Shown: piece after piece, positions 11,860 through 23,428 of the stretch
Numbering within the stretch: the stretch's first letter is position 1
How the letters are laid out: every line of letters begins with the position of its first letter
Source of the DNA: Squalus acanthias
Lineage: Eukaryota
Length of the DNA stretch: 64,000 nucleotides
Direction: 5' to 3'
NCBI GenBank assembly: GCA_030390025.1
Contig: CM059431.1
Span: forward strand, 100,752,001-100,816,000
Made by a program: the position numbers and the translations under genes
The notes under the pieces: generated by a model
Told to the model about the DNA's origin: nothing
Databases searched by the model: none
The model's input: only the letters and a program-made list of their open reading frames with translations

Positions 11860-12640
11860 TTTCATCTCCAGCACAAAGTCCACTTATTTCCACCTCCAAT
11901 GTTACTCACCTCTGCCCTACCCAAAACCCTTACAAATGCCTTTGACACCTTCAAACTGGATGACTCCTTGCTCGCCTCCCATCCTCCACGCTCAATAAAT
12001 TCCAACTTTTCCAAAACTCTGCTGCATGAATCTTGTCCCACACTAAGTTCCATTTGCCCATCACCCTAATACTCACTGACTTACATTGGCTCCCTGGCCC
12101 CGAGCACATCAAGTTTAAAATATTTGTCTTCGCTGACTGGTTCCTCAAGCTACTGGTGCTGCTCCCATCTTGCGTGCTGTTCATCTCCCTACAGCTGTTC
12201 CTCAGACCAACTCCCTCACCTGCACTCTGCGTGGATTTAGTTTTCACCCTTCTAGGCTCCCTAATCTTCACTGAAATTGGTCCTCGGATTTCAATCCCAC
12301 TGCTACCTCTGTAACCTCCTCCAGCCCTACAACCCTCTGAGATCTCTGCGCTCCTCCAATTCTGGCCTCTTGCGCATCCCCCATTGGCGGCTGTGTTTGC
12401 AGCTACCTAGGCCTTAAACTCCGGAGTTGCCTCTCTAAAGCTCTCCGCCTCTAAACCTCTCTCTCTCTCCTCCTTCAAGACGCTCCTTAAAAACCTACCT
12501 CTTTGACCAAGCTTTTGGTCACCTGTCCTAATACCTCTTTCTGTGGCTTGGTGACAAATTTTGTTTGATAATCGCTCCTGTGAAGTGCCTCGGGATGTTT
12601 TACTACGCTAAAGGCCCTGTATAAATGTAAGTTGTTGTTG
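11860..12640 (+). mobile_element. L2-type LINE 3' region, degraded
   Basis: ITLILTDLHWLP..HIKFKI motif and L2 tail ending (gtt)n. Confidence 0.75.
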
Positions 12641-12843
12641 CTGTTGATGTAGTGCTGTGGGATCTTTTACATCCACCGGAGAGGACCAAGCCGGGCCTAA
12701 TATCGCCTTATGATACGCTGTGACAAATTTTGTTTGATATCGCTCCGGCGAAGCGCCTCGGGATGTTTACGTTAAACGTGCGAAATAAATGCAAGTTGTT
12801 GCTCCTCATCATCTCCTCTGCTGATATACCAGTAAAGCCTAAC

Positions 12844-13357
12844 TGAGCGAGAAGGACAGGCGCAGTGTTCTCGCTCAGGCCAACATCCCCAGCATCGAAG
12901 CTTTGACCACGCTCGATCAGCTCCGATGGACGGGTCACATCGTCCGCATGCCCGATACGAGACTCCCAAAACAAGCGCTCTACTCGGAGCTCCGACACGG
13001 CAAGAGAGCCCCAGGTGGGCAGAGGAAACGCTTCAAGGACACCTTCAAAGCCTCCTTGAAAAAGTGCAATATCCCCTCCGACACCTGGGAATCCCTGGCC
13101 CAAGACCGCACAAAGTGGAGGAGAAGCATCCGGGAAGGCGCCGAACACCTCGAGTCTCTTCGCCGGGAGCAAGCGGAAGCCAAGCGCAAACAGCGGAAGG
13201 AGCGCACGTCAACCCAAGCACCCCGCCCACCCGCCCCTTCAACCACCGTCTGCCCCACCTGTGACAGAGACTGTAGGTCCCGCATTGGACTCATCAGTCA
13301 CCTGAGAACTTAGTGTGGAAGCAAGTCATCCTCAGTTCCGAGGGACTGCCTAAGAAG
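12844..13357 (+). mobile_element. RTE-clade LINE, 5'-truncated, with 10-bp TSD
   Basis: ORF 12903-13313: LRWTGHIVRMPDTRLPKQALYSEL..G.R..GGQRKRFKD and C-terminal CPTCDRDCRSRIGLISHLRT; (AAG)n tail; TSD aaagcctaac at 12834-12843 and 13358-13367. Confidence 0.9.
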
Positions 13358-13642
13358 AAAGCCTAACATTTGAGGCCATTATGGACCTCGTTTGGATCAA
13401 CCCTTTCTGGCTCATGGTCGACTTGCCACTCCTCCTCGGCCCTCTGATTCCACCAGACATCCTCCAGCAACATGCCAACTAATATGCTAGCCCTCAAACA
13501 GCCCCTGGGTCCACTCCCCTGTCTACAGCTGTCTCCAAACCTGGACAATGGTTCACAGACGCTGCAAGCTGAATCCACTTTGTCTGCAAGTCAACTTCAT
13601 CCCAACACAGGTTCCTCAGACTTTACCTTTGGACTCTTTCTG

Positions 13643-14083
13643 AGCCGTGGCTCAGTGGGTAGCACTCTCGCCTCTGAGTCAGAAGGTTGTGGGTTCAAGT
13701 CCCACTCCAGAGACTTGAGCACAAAATCTAGGCTGACACTCCAGTGCAGTGCTGAGGGAGTGCTGCACTGTCGGAAGTGCCGTCTTTCGGATGAGATGTT
13801 AAACCGAGGTTCCGTCTGCTCTCTCAAGTGGACGTAAAACATCCCACGGCACTATTTCGAAGAAGAGCAGGGGAGTTATCCCCAGTGCCCTGACCAATAT
13901 TTATCCATCAATCAACATCACTAAAACAGATTATCTGGTCATTATCACATTGCTGTTTGTGGGAGCTTGCTGTGCGCAAATTGGCTGCCGTGTTTCCTAC
14001 ATTACAACAGTGACTACACTTTAAAAAGTACTTGATTGGCTGTAAAGCGCTTTCGGCCGTCCAGTGGTCGTGAAAGGCGCTAT
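13643..14083 (+). mobile_element. Full-length DeuSINE/SacSINE1-like tRNA SINE
   Basis: A box tggctcagtgg, B box gggttcaagtcc, Deu-like core (gccgtctttcggatgaga..ttaaaccgagg), L2-like tail. Confidence 0.9.
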
Positions 14084-14839
14084 AGTTTCCATCCTGTCCT
14101 CTGCCATGCCGATGTAACCCGAATTCCCTCTGCGTCCATTTACGTGCACATTTTCGCTGCCACTTCAAGACTGAGCCCATTTTTTCAATCTTTCTTTTTC
14201 CCCCTCGAGCCATTCTCATCTCCATCTTATCTCCAGTCATGCCACCTTTCATTTATCCCCTCTTGGGTACTATGACTCATCCATCTCTACCCCAACCCAT
14301 CATACTCCTCCGCCTTCCTATTCTCTTGCTGTTCAATTTGCTCTGCTGCTTTCCCCTCCCCGCCTCTTGTTCACAAAGCCAAACCTTCCCCCCCCCAGGT
14401 TCCTCCTGCCCAAGCCTTGACCCCGTTTGATCGTCAGCGGTTTTGTGGGAATGAGATCGAGGGAGCATGGGCATGTTGACCTGGCAGGAGGCATGAGCAG
14501 TGATAGGAGAGAAACTGGAGAGAGAGCCACGAGTTCGAGGTTAAGGCAGGAGGAACTCTGTCCCATACTAAGTCACGCTCACCTTATTAACCCCGTCTTC
14601 ACCAACCTCCACTGGCTTCCCATTGCCATAGCACACTGCAATCCTTTATAAATCAAACCATGGCCTAGCTACACTTTGTGCAACCACCTTCCACTCTTCT
14701 GACTACGCATTTCCCTTCCCTCCATTCCATGATTGCTGGAAGAGCCCAGCATCCTTGAACTCTGGAATTCTCTTTCTAAACCCCTCTGGCCTGACTGCAT
14801 CTCTTTCCACCTTTAAAAGTCTCTCCAATACCTTCGACC

Positions 14840-15110
14840 ATCCCATGGCACTATTTCGAAGAAGTGTAGGGGGGGGTTATCCCTGGTGTCCTGGGGCCAA
14901 TATTTATCCTTCAACCAACATAACAAAAACAGATTATCTGGTCATTATCACATTACTGCTTGTGGGATCATGCTGTGCGCAAATTGGCTGCCGCGTTTCC
15001 TACATTACAACAGTGACTACACTTCAAAAGTACTTCATTGGCTGTAAAGCGCTTTGGGACGTCCGGTGGTCGTGAAAGGCGCTATATAAATGCAAGTCGT
15101 TCTTTCTTTC
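14840..15110 (+). mobile_element. DeuSINE/SacSINE1-like SINE, 5'-truncated
   Basis: atcccatggcactatttcgaagaag...aaaggcgctatataaatgcaagtc. Confidence 0.85.
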
Positions 15111-15798
15111 AGTCATCGTCCCTAACTTTTCTCCCAGATTCCTGCTCACTGTCTGATCTCCGCATGCGATACCTCTTGGAATGTTTTTGCTCTGCTAAAG
15201 GCGCAGATCTTGTAATAAAGACAAAACCGATTAGGCCAGTTTTGTTAGGCAAGGAATACATTAAAATAAACATCTTATGTACAAAACAAATACACCTCAT
15301 TCTGATTATAACAGTTGTTGGAAGGCAGTCATTTTTTTCCCTTGCCATAAACACAAGAGATGGAAGTCAAAATAACAATCCATCTAACGGAATGGATGCG
15401 TGCAATGAGATTGTGTAGATACAAATAAGGTTTGATATTATTGTTTAATATCGGAGCACCAGGAACAGCAGTTATCCAAAGAATTCAAACTGAATCATCG
15501 AGATAAAGCACTTGAAATCAAGAGGTAATGGTCTTAACAGGTTTTGCCATTGATCATTTTTTTTTAACAAAGCTTTGTTTTTGGAAACCAAAATCTGAAC
15601 TTGTAACTTTAAAATGATCTTATTATCTCTAAATAAACAGTTTACTCTGTGAGGTAAATGCAATCAATTTTTAGAAAGAGGAAGAAAAGCAATAATTGAC
15701 TGGGTACATGATCCAATTCACCAATAGCAAAATTTGATAAGCTCTTCCCTAAAGTCCTTCCAGCTCAGCATAGCTTAATGCATTCTATCTTCATTTAC

Positions 15799-15825
15799 CT
15801 GATCATTAGCTTCAAGTTTGTTCAG
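15799..15825 (-). other. Candidate 27-nt microexon (LNKLEANDQ) of an unidentified host gene
   Basis: Minus strand tgtttgttggtttccag|CTGAACAAACTTGAAGCTAATGATCAG|gtaaat; only one open frame; lies in a ~1.5-kb stretch with no recognised repeats. Confidence 0.3.
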
Positions 15826-16589
15826 CTGGAAACCAACAAACACTAATTACTTTGACATCACCAAGTTATATCTGTCCCCTACCTCCCTTGACAGCAGGGA
15901 GGACATTATCAAGGGTAAGGATGGTAATATCTTGATAAATGATGGCTTGCATCACCTCACTGTCAATCATTCGAACACACTTGCAGAAGATACAAGTAAA
16001 TCTTATTACTGATGCCTGGTGCTCGGAGAACAAAACACCCTAGGAGTTAGATATTTTGAACAGCGGGCTCCTAAGTAGGTTTCTCCTCTCAGCAGATTAT
16101 TTTGCGAAGTTCACTGGCTTTTGTCTCAACTTAAAGAGCAAAAAATGTCCAACAGTAACTTTGAAACCTTATTTGTATGTACACACAGAAAGAAGATTGC
16201 ATAATTGTATTATGATAATAAGGTTATACTCAGTATAGATCTTATTATCCAAGTTTTGTTATCCACAGCCCTTGGTTCCCACTGCTTCAGCTGAAGTTTA
16301 AAACAAATCTATGACTCCTTCAGAAAGAAAACAATTTTCCAACATTTGTAATATAATTTTAAGATTAAATAGATAAAATTGTAATAGAGAAAAGATCGAG
16401 AATATCATAATGTTCGGAGTCATTGAGTGCCATTGCAGCTCTGTGAATTCCTCATCTCAATATTCAGACATCACATTCAGTCATCAAAATAATTGTGAAA
16501 GTACACTTATCCGTGAGCAGGTGTATAGCACCAGCAATAATGAAAAGGACTAAACCCGAAAGTCAAAATGCTCAGGGTCAAATCGCTCT

Positions 16590-16840
16590 GAAAGATCCCA
16601 TGGCACTATTTCGAAGAGGAGCTGGGGAGTTCTCCCCGGTGTCCTGGGGCCAATATTTATCCCTCAACCAACATCAGGAAAACAGATTATCTGGTAATTA
16701 TCACATTGCTGTTTGTGGGAGCTTGCTGTGCGCAAATTGGCTGTCTCGTTTCCTACATTACAACAGTGACTACACTTCAAAAGTACTGTAAAGCACTTTG
16801 GGACGTCCTAAGGTTGTGCAAGTCTTCCTTTTTTTTCTTT
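16590..16840 (+). mobile_element. DeuSINE/SacSINE1-like SINE, 5'-truncated
   Basis: Same body and tail as the full-length copies. Confidence 0.85.
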
Positions 16841-17005
16841 CTTAACCCCCAGCACTAAAATGTTGCCATATGCATAAACTTAAGAGATAAGGAGAGTTAT
16901 TACTTATTGTAAGTAGTGACTTACTTCCTTTCTGTCTCTTTTTTTCCCTCTCCTCTTAATGCAGTTTTTCTTTCTCTCTCTTTATTTCTCTTTCTGTACC
17001 TGATT

Positions 17006-17208
17006 TGAGAAGTCGCACAACACCAGGTTATAGTCCAACAGTTTTATTTAAAATTACGAGCTTTCGGAGCGCTGCTCCTTCGGTACCTGACGAAGGGGCA
17101 ACAGCTCCGAAAGCTCGTAATTTTAAATAAAACTGTTGGACTATAACCTGGTGTTGTGCGACTTCTCATTTTTGTCCACCCCAGTCCAACACCGGCATCT
17201 CCGCATCA
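17006..17208 (+). mobile_element. Penelope-like insertion: inverted terminal repeat with a hammerhead ribozyme core
   Basis: Perfect 65-bp inverted arms 17006-17070 / 17104-17168; CTGACGA (17087-17093) and GAAA (17109-17112); TSD tgtacctgatttga (16995-17008, overlapping the left arm by 3 nt) / tgtacctaatttga (17209-17222). Confidence 0.8.
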
Positions 17209-17512
17209 TGTACCTAATTTGACATTGAATTCACCCCCTTTAATTCACCCTCCTTCCACTGTTTATTTCCCAATCTTATTGGTTGCCCTGTTCACATAGG
17301 TCCCAGAAGCCCTGTTCCCCTCGCTGCGCCGTTATCAGCTCGCACCTTCATCAACTTTGCGGATAAAACATTTTTGAGCTGAAGGGTACGGGGGCGCGTC
17401 TAACTAACGACGAATGCCCTGCTGCAGCAAAATCTGGCCCATTGTTTTGTTAAGAGCCAAATCTGCTGAAACAACTTGCAAATCGTAGAGAATTTTTTTT
17501 TTTAAAAACCCA

Positions 17513-17700
17513 GAAAATGCTGGAAATACACAGCAGGTCATTCAACATCTCTAGACAAGAGACAGGTTTTGATATTTCAGGGGTGTAACCTTCATTACTG
17601 GTCTGATGAAGGGTATCCAGAATGCATAACCTGTCTTGTCTCTGCTATTGAGTGACCTGCTGTGTATTTCCAGCATTTTCTTTTGTTATTTCAGATTTCC
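17513..17700. mobile_element. Palindromic Penelope-type repeat (second family), degraded
   Basis: 28-bp perfect inverted repeat 17513-17540 / 17653-17680 around tctgatgaaggg. Confidence 0.6.
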
Positions 17701-18014
17701 AGAATTTGTAGCTTTTTCGTGTATATTTTCCAGACAAGTAGAATGCTGAAACGCAACATGATGTTGCTTAATGAACATCACTTGTCGTTGAGATGGATTA
17801 TGGCTTGAGAATCACTCCTATGGCATCTTACCCGATATATAGTGTACAAAGTTCGTGTGTAGAAATGTTTGAGGCTAGGCTTCCAGAGAATTTTTTTTTT
17901 TTAAAGTTCCTCAAACTGGGCAAGACTCCAGGATAAGAAACAATACTCCAAACAGCTGTAAAAATAAGCTTTCTATATCACAAAGGCTTTAAAAATTATA
18001 CTGTTTAGCTCCCG

Positions 18015-18380
18015 CAATGGCTCAGTGAGTTTACATAGTGGGTAGCTAAGCAACATAAATCTGGTTCAATTCCCAGGCTGTGTTGACCTCAGCTAGGGCA
18101 GCAGAAAGGACACGACAATTGACCAAAGCACCCTGGGCTGGGAGGGAGAGGGGATCAAAAACACGTGCAGGGTTTCAGCTCCTCGGGACTATCCTGCCAG
18201 AAGTGGATGTCGGGTGATGACAGAATGGGGTTCGGCTGTGATGTTGTGCCTTTTCTCCCAAAAATAGTCTGCCAACGTTCTAATCAAGGTGCCAAAAGAT
18301 AAATGGGCGAGGTGCCAGAAAGTGACGGACACTCATGGAACCGTACCCCGGCAAGAAGTCAACACCTTCAGGGAAGGAGA
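18015..18380 (+). mobile_element. tRNA-derived SINE (AmnSINE2-like)
   Basis: tggctcagtg A box, ggttcaattcc B box, body ..cacgacaattgacc..ccctgggctgggaggg..atggaaccgtacccc. Confidence 0.55.
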
Positions 18381-18754
18381 AGAATATTGGTGACAAAATA
18401 AAACACTGCACCAATGGTTGGGAGTGCACACAATACAGAAACTTGTTTCAACAAATTGGGACAATCCTATATAATGGGCTTATCTGCAAGGTCCAGACTT
18501 GTGAGAGCCCAGACATCCTTACATCGCTGGTGGAGACCCGAAGGACTTAGCACAAATTCCATTAAGGATTGCTTTAACTCTGCAGGATCATGAAGGGCTA
18601 CTCCTTTACTCTGACAACAATCTTCAGATATACACTAACATTTAATGCACACAAGAACCCTCCCCAGGTTCTTTTAAGAAGCCACGTTGGTAAAGAAATT
18701 CACTGCTTTTGAGCTATGAAGCATCCCCGTGATATCCTCGCTACAGAATTAAGC

Positions 18755-19072
18755 CTTCTTTCAGACAAGACGTTAAGCCGAGGCCCCGTCTGCCCTCTCA
18801 GGTGGATGCAAAAGATCCCACGGCCATTGGGCCATCCCGGAGTACTCCTTGGTGTCCTGGGCCCAATATATCCCTCAACCAGCATCACTAAAAGAGACTA
18901 TCTGGTCACTATCACATTGTTGTTTGTGGGACTTTGCTGTGCGCAAATTGGCTGCCGTGTTTCCGACAGTACAACGGTGACCACACTTCAGAAGGAGTTC
19001 ATTGGCTGTGAAGCGCTCTGGGACGTCCCGAAGCTGACCAGGTGCAATATAAATGCACCACTCTTTCTTCTT
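18755..19072 (+). mobile_element. DeuSINE/SacSINE1-like SINE, 5'-truncated
   Basis: Deu-like core and tail. Confidence 0.85.
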
Positions 19073-19354
19073 TCAATATACAGAAACTAAGATGTTGCAC
19101 CCATTGCAACAAGATTCAGGATAGCAATGGGTGTATTGGAATACAGCTCGGATTGTTTTGCTTAACTCGATCCATTAGCAGTCATACTGCATTTAACACC
19201 AGCAAAGCTAAAATCTGATATTTATAGTACTTTTAATGTAAGAAAAGCATCCCCAATATGATTCATGACAGAAATTGATAGGGAAACAGATGGCAAGCCA
19301 TGGAGGGAGACATTAGGAGGAGTGACCAAAAGATAGTCTGTCACTCGGTTTTTA

Positions 19355-20360
19355 AACAACAACAACTTGCACTTGTATAGCGCCTTTAACTTGGTAATAC
19401 ATACCAAGGCGCTTCACAGGAGCGATTATCAAACAAAATTTGAAAACGAGCCACATAAGGAGATATTAGGACAGGCTTGGTCAAAGAGGTAGGTTTTAAG
19501 GAACGTCTTAAAGGATGAGAGAGAAGTAGAGAGGAGGAGAGGTTTAGGGAGGGAATTCCAGAGCTTAGAGCCTTGGCAGCTGAAGGCACGGCCGCCAATG
19601 GTGGAGCGATTAAAATCGAGGATGCACAAGAGGCCAGAATTGGAGGAGCGCAGAAAACTCGGGAGGGTTTTAGGGCTGGAGGAGATTACAGAGATAGGGA
19701 GGGGCGAGGCCATGGAGGGATTTGAAAACCAGGATGAGAACTTTAAAATCAAGGCATTGCCAGATCAGGAGCCAGTGTAGGTCAGCAAGCAGAGAAGCAT
19801 CGAAGCTTTGACCACGCTCGATCAGCTCCGATGGACGGGTCACATTGTCCGCATGCCCGATACGAGACTCCCAAAACAAGGGCTCTACTCGGAGCTCTAA
19901 CTCAGCAAGAGAGCCCCAGGTAGGCAGAGGAAACGCTTCAAGGACACCCTCAAAGCCTCCTTGAAAAAGTGCAACATCCCCACCGACACCTGGGAATCCC
20001 TGGCCCAAGACCGCACAAAGTGGAGGAGAAGCATCCGGGGAGGCGCCAAACACCTCGAGTCTCTTCGTCGGGAGCAAGCGGAAGCCAAGCGCAAGCAGCG
20101 CACGTCAACCCAAGCACCCCACCCACCCGCCCCTCCAATCACCGTCTGCCCCACCTGTGACAGAGACTGTAGGTCCCGCATTGGACTCATCAGTCACCTG
20201 AGAACTCATTTTTAATGTGGAAGTAAGTCATCCTCGGTTCCGAGGGACTGCCTAAGAAGAAGAAGAATGGGTGAATGGGACTTGGTGCGAGTTAGGACAC
20301 GGGCAGCAGAGTTTTGGATAAGCTCAAGTTTACGGAGGGTGCAAGGTGTGAGTCCAGGAG
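19355..20360 (-). mobile_element. L2-type LINE 3' region, interrupted by an RTE
   Basis: L2 sequence matching 7080-7500 stops near 19795 and resumes near 20268. Confidence 0.85.
19795..20267 (+). mobile_element. RTE-clade LINE 3' fragment (second copy)
   Basis: Near-identical to 12890-13357; CPTCDRDCRSRIGLISHLRTH; (AAG)n tail. Confidence 0.9.
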
Positions 20361-20514
20361 TGGTGTATAGAGGCGGTCAACCTTAGGCAGGAAGTTCCAG
20401 AGAATAAGACTGAGGTTGCTGAAGGTTCTGCCACCACTGGTGGGGCAAAGGGAGGGCGGTGTATGGGGGGGCGAGGAGGCTTTTGAAGCCAATAACACTG
20501 ATTTTAGGCATAGG

Positions 20515-20980
20515 TGTCAGCCGTGGCTCAATGGTAGCACTCGCGCCTCTGAGTCAGAAGGTCGTGGGTTCAAGCCCCACTCCAGAGCTTTGAGAACCTG
20601 AAACGTTAACTCTGTTTCTCTCTCCACGGATGCTGCCTGGCCTGCTGAGTTTTTCCAGCGTTTTCTGTTGTTATTTTGGATTTCCAGCATCCGCAGTATT
20701 TTGCTATCGTAAAAGATCCCAATGTGCTATACGAAGAAGAGCAGGGAAGTTCTCCCCGGTGTCCTGACCAATACTTATCCCTCAACCAACATCACTGAAA
20801 CAGATTATATGGTCATTATCACTTTGCTGTTTGTGGGTCCTTGCTGTGAGCAAATTTTGCTGCCGCGTTTCTCTACCTTACAACAGTCACTTCACTTCAA
20901 AAAGTACTTCATTGGCTGTGAAGTGCTCTGGCACGTCCTGAGCTCATGAAAGGCGCTATATAAATGCAAGTTCTTCCTTT
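20515..20980 (+). mobile_element. DeuSINE/SacSINE1-like SINE pieces around a Penelope-type fragment (20597-20705)
   Basis: SINE head 20515-20590, then cctgaaacgttaactctg..gatgctgcctggcctgctgag, then SINE body 20710-20980. Confidence 0.75.
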
Positions 20981-22251
20981 CAATTAGGATTTTGAGTTTA
21001 ACGAATTGGAGGGCAGGGAGCTGATGTAGGTTAGGAAGGACTGGAGTGATAGACGAGTGAGACTTAGTGCAGGAAAGAATGTGGGCAACTAGTATTGGAC
21101 GAATCAGAGTTCAAGGAAGGTGGTAGATGTGAGGCTGGCAAAGAGGGAATGTGGAAGTGTCTCGGTGACAAAGACGTGGATAAGGGTTTCAGCGGCAGAG
21201 GAGTTTAGGTAGGAGCAGAGGCAGGTGATGCTGCAGAGGTGAAAATCTTGGTGATGGATAAGGTGTATGGTTTGAAGCTCAACTCTGGGTTGAACGGGGC
21301 ACTAAGGTTTTGCATCACCTGGTTCAGTCTGAACACGTGAATGAAAAGGGGGATTGAGTCAGCGACAAAGAGCAGAGTTCACGGCATGGGCCAAAAACGT
21401 TGGTTTCAGTCTTCCCAGTGTGCATTTGAAGGAAGTTTTAAGTCATCCATGACCATGTCGACAGGCAAACTTGACACCGAGATGGCGATGGACCAAGAGA
21501 AGTGTTGGAGAGGTACAGTTGGGTGGCAAGGTACAGTTGGGTGTAATCAGCAAAAAGACTTGCATTTATGTAGCACGTTTCACGGCCTCAGGACGTCCCG
21601 AAGCACTTAACAGGCAATGATGTACTTTCGAAGTGTAGTCACTGTTGTAATGTATACATACTCACTATGAATGATGTCACCAAGGGTAGCATGTTGATGA
21701 GGAAGCGGAGGTAATTAAGGCTCCGGGGGGCGCGGGGGGATTCCTGCAGCCCCCAAATACTGCACAGAGGCAACTAGAATGCTCACACAGGAACACAAAG
21801 GATTTCTCAAGCACTGAAGTCTTCTGACAGTCAGATTTTTGCTTAGCTACGGTGCAAAGCATAGAATCAGGAGTCTGGGGCTCAAAAAACCACTCACTGA
21901 TATTCCATCTGAAAACCAAAGAAAGGAAATAGGTGCATTTCTGGAAACCCTAGTGCAACAAATTTGATGCAAAAATTGGCTGAAACATGAATCCTGAAGT
22001 ATACATTTTGAAATAAACCTGCCGGATAGTTTTTCATCCAGATGACTCCTTCTGGAATGTCATGCAACTACTCAATTCCAAGTTGTTTTTGAAGAGCTGA
22101 CTGATTCATAAATAAAGGAAATGCTTTAGGTCTGATACATATAATTTTCAGCATGTGCTTCATAAGTTATCTCACAGGAGACTTATTACAAAAAATCAGA
22201 CAGAAAACAAGGGGTTAGCATTATTTGGTGTTACTCAGATCACCCATTAAT

Positions 22252-22720
22252 GTCAGTTGTGGCTCAGTTGGTAGCACACTCGCCTCTGAGTCAGAAGGTT
22301 GTGGGTTCAAGTCCCACTTCAGGGACTTGAGCACATAAAGCTAGGCTGACACTCCCAGTACAGTGCTGAGGGAGTGCTGCACTGTCGGAGGTGCCGTCTT
22401 TCGGATGAGACGTTAAACCGAGGCCCCGTCTGCTCTCTCAGGTGGACGCAAAAGATCCCACGGCACTATTTCGAAGAAGAGCAGGGGAGTTCTCCCCGGT
22501 GTCCTGGCCAATATTTATCCCTCAAACCAACATAACAAAAACAGATTATCTGGTCATTATCACATTGCTGTTTGTGGGAGCTTGCTGTGCGCAAATTGGC
22601 TGCCGCGTTTCCCGCATTACAACAGTGACTACACTCCAAAAGTACTTGATTGACTGTAAAGCGCTTTGAGACATCTGGTGGTCGTGAAAGGCGCTATATA
22701 AATGCAAGTCTTTCTTTCTA
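22252..22720 (+). mobile_element. Full-length DeuSINE/SacSINE1-like SINE
   Basis: A and B boxes, Deu-like core, tail ending tctttctttc. Confidence 0.92.
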
Positions 22721-22779
22721 ACCCTTTGTTTCCTGACCGTCAACCAAATTTCTATGTATGCTGCGCCATTTACTCTACG

Positions 22780-23225
22780 TGCCAGCTGTGGCTCAGTGGG
22801 CAGCACTCTCTCGCCTCGGAGTCAGAAGGTTGTGGGTTCAAGTCCCACTCCAGTGACTTGAGCATAAAAATCTAGGCTGAGACTCCAGTGCAGTGCTGAG
22901 GGAGCGCTGCACTGTCGGAGGTGCCGTCTTTCAGATGAGACGTTTAACCGAGGCCCCGTCTGCCCCCTCAGGTGGACGTAAAAGATTTCATGACACGATT
23001 TTGAAGAAGAGCAGGGGAGTTCTCCCCGGTGACCTGGCCAATATTTATCCCTCAGCCAACATCACCAAAACAGATTATCTGATCATTATCACATTTGTGT
23101 GCAAATTGGCTGCCGCGTTTCCTACATTACAACAGTGACTACACTTCAAAAAAGTACTTCATTGGCTGTAAAGCGCTTTGGGACATCCTGAAGATGTGAA
23201 AGGTGTTGTAGAAATACAAGACTTT
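22780..23225 (+). mobile_element. Full-length DeuSINE/SacSINE1-like SINE
   Basis: Second copy about 60 bp downstream of the previous one, same orientation. Confidence 0.9.
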
Positions 23226-23428
23226 TACAGAGCAAGATGCAACGACCTATGGAAGTTCAGTGCCATCCAAATTGAAAGAAGAAAAATGTTTACAAAGTAG
23301 AATTTTGTCATCTGTGGCAAGTCAGAACGGAAAGGGGGGAAAGCTCCACATGAACCAGACATACAAACTGAACATATTTTCTAGTATTGAATAAACAAGT
23401 ACACCACTGGATATGTTACAGGCTCAAC

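Noticed and set aside
13643..13715. tRNA genes at SINE heads (also 22252, 38584, 46420-46491 and 26103)
   Set aside because: A/B boxes run straight into SINE or LINE bodies; these are tRNA-derived heads, not stand-alone tRNAs
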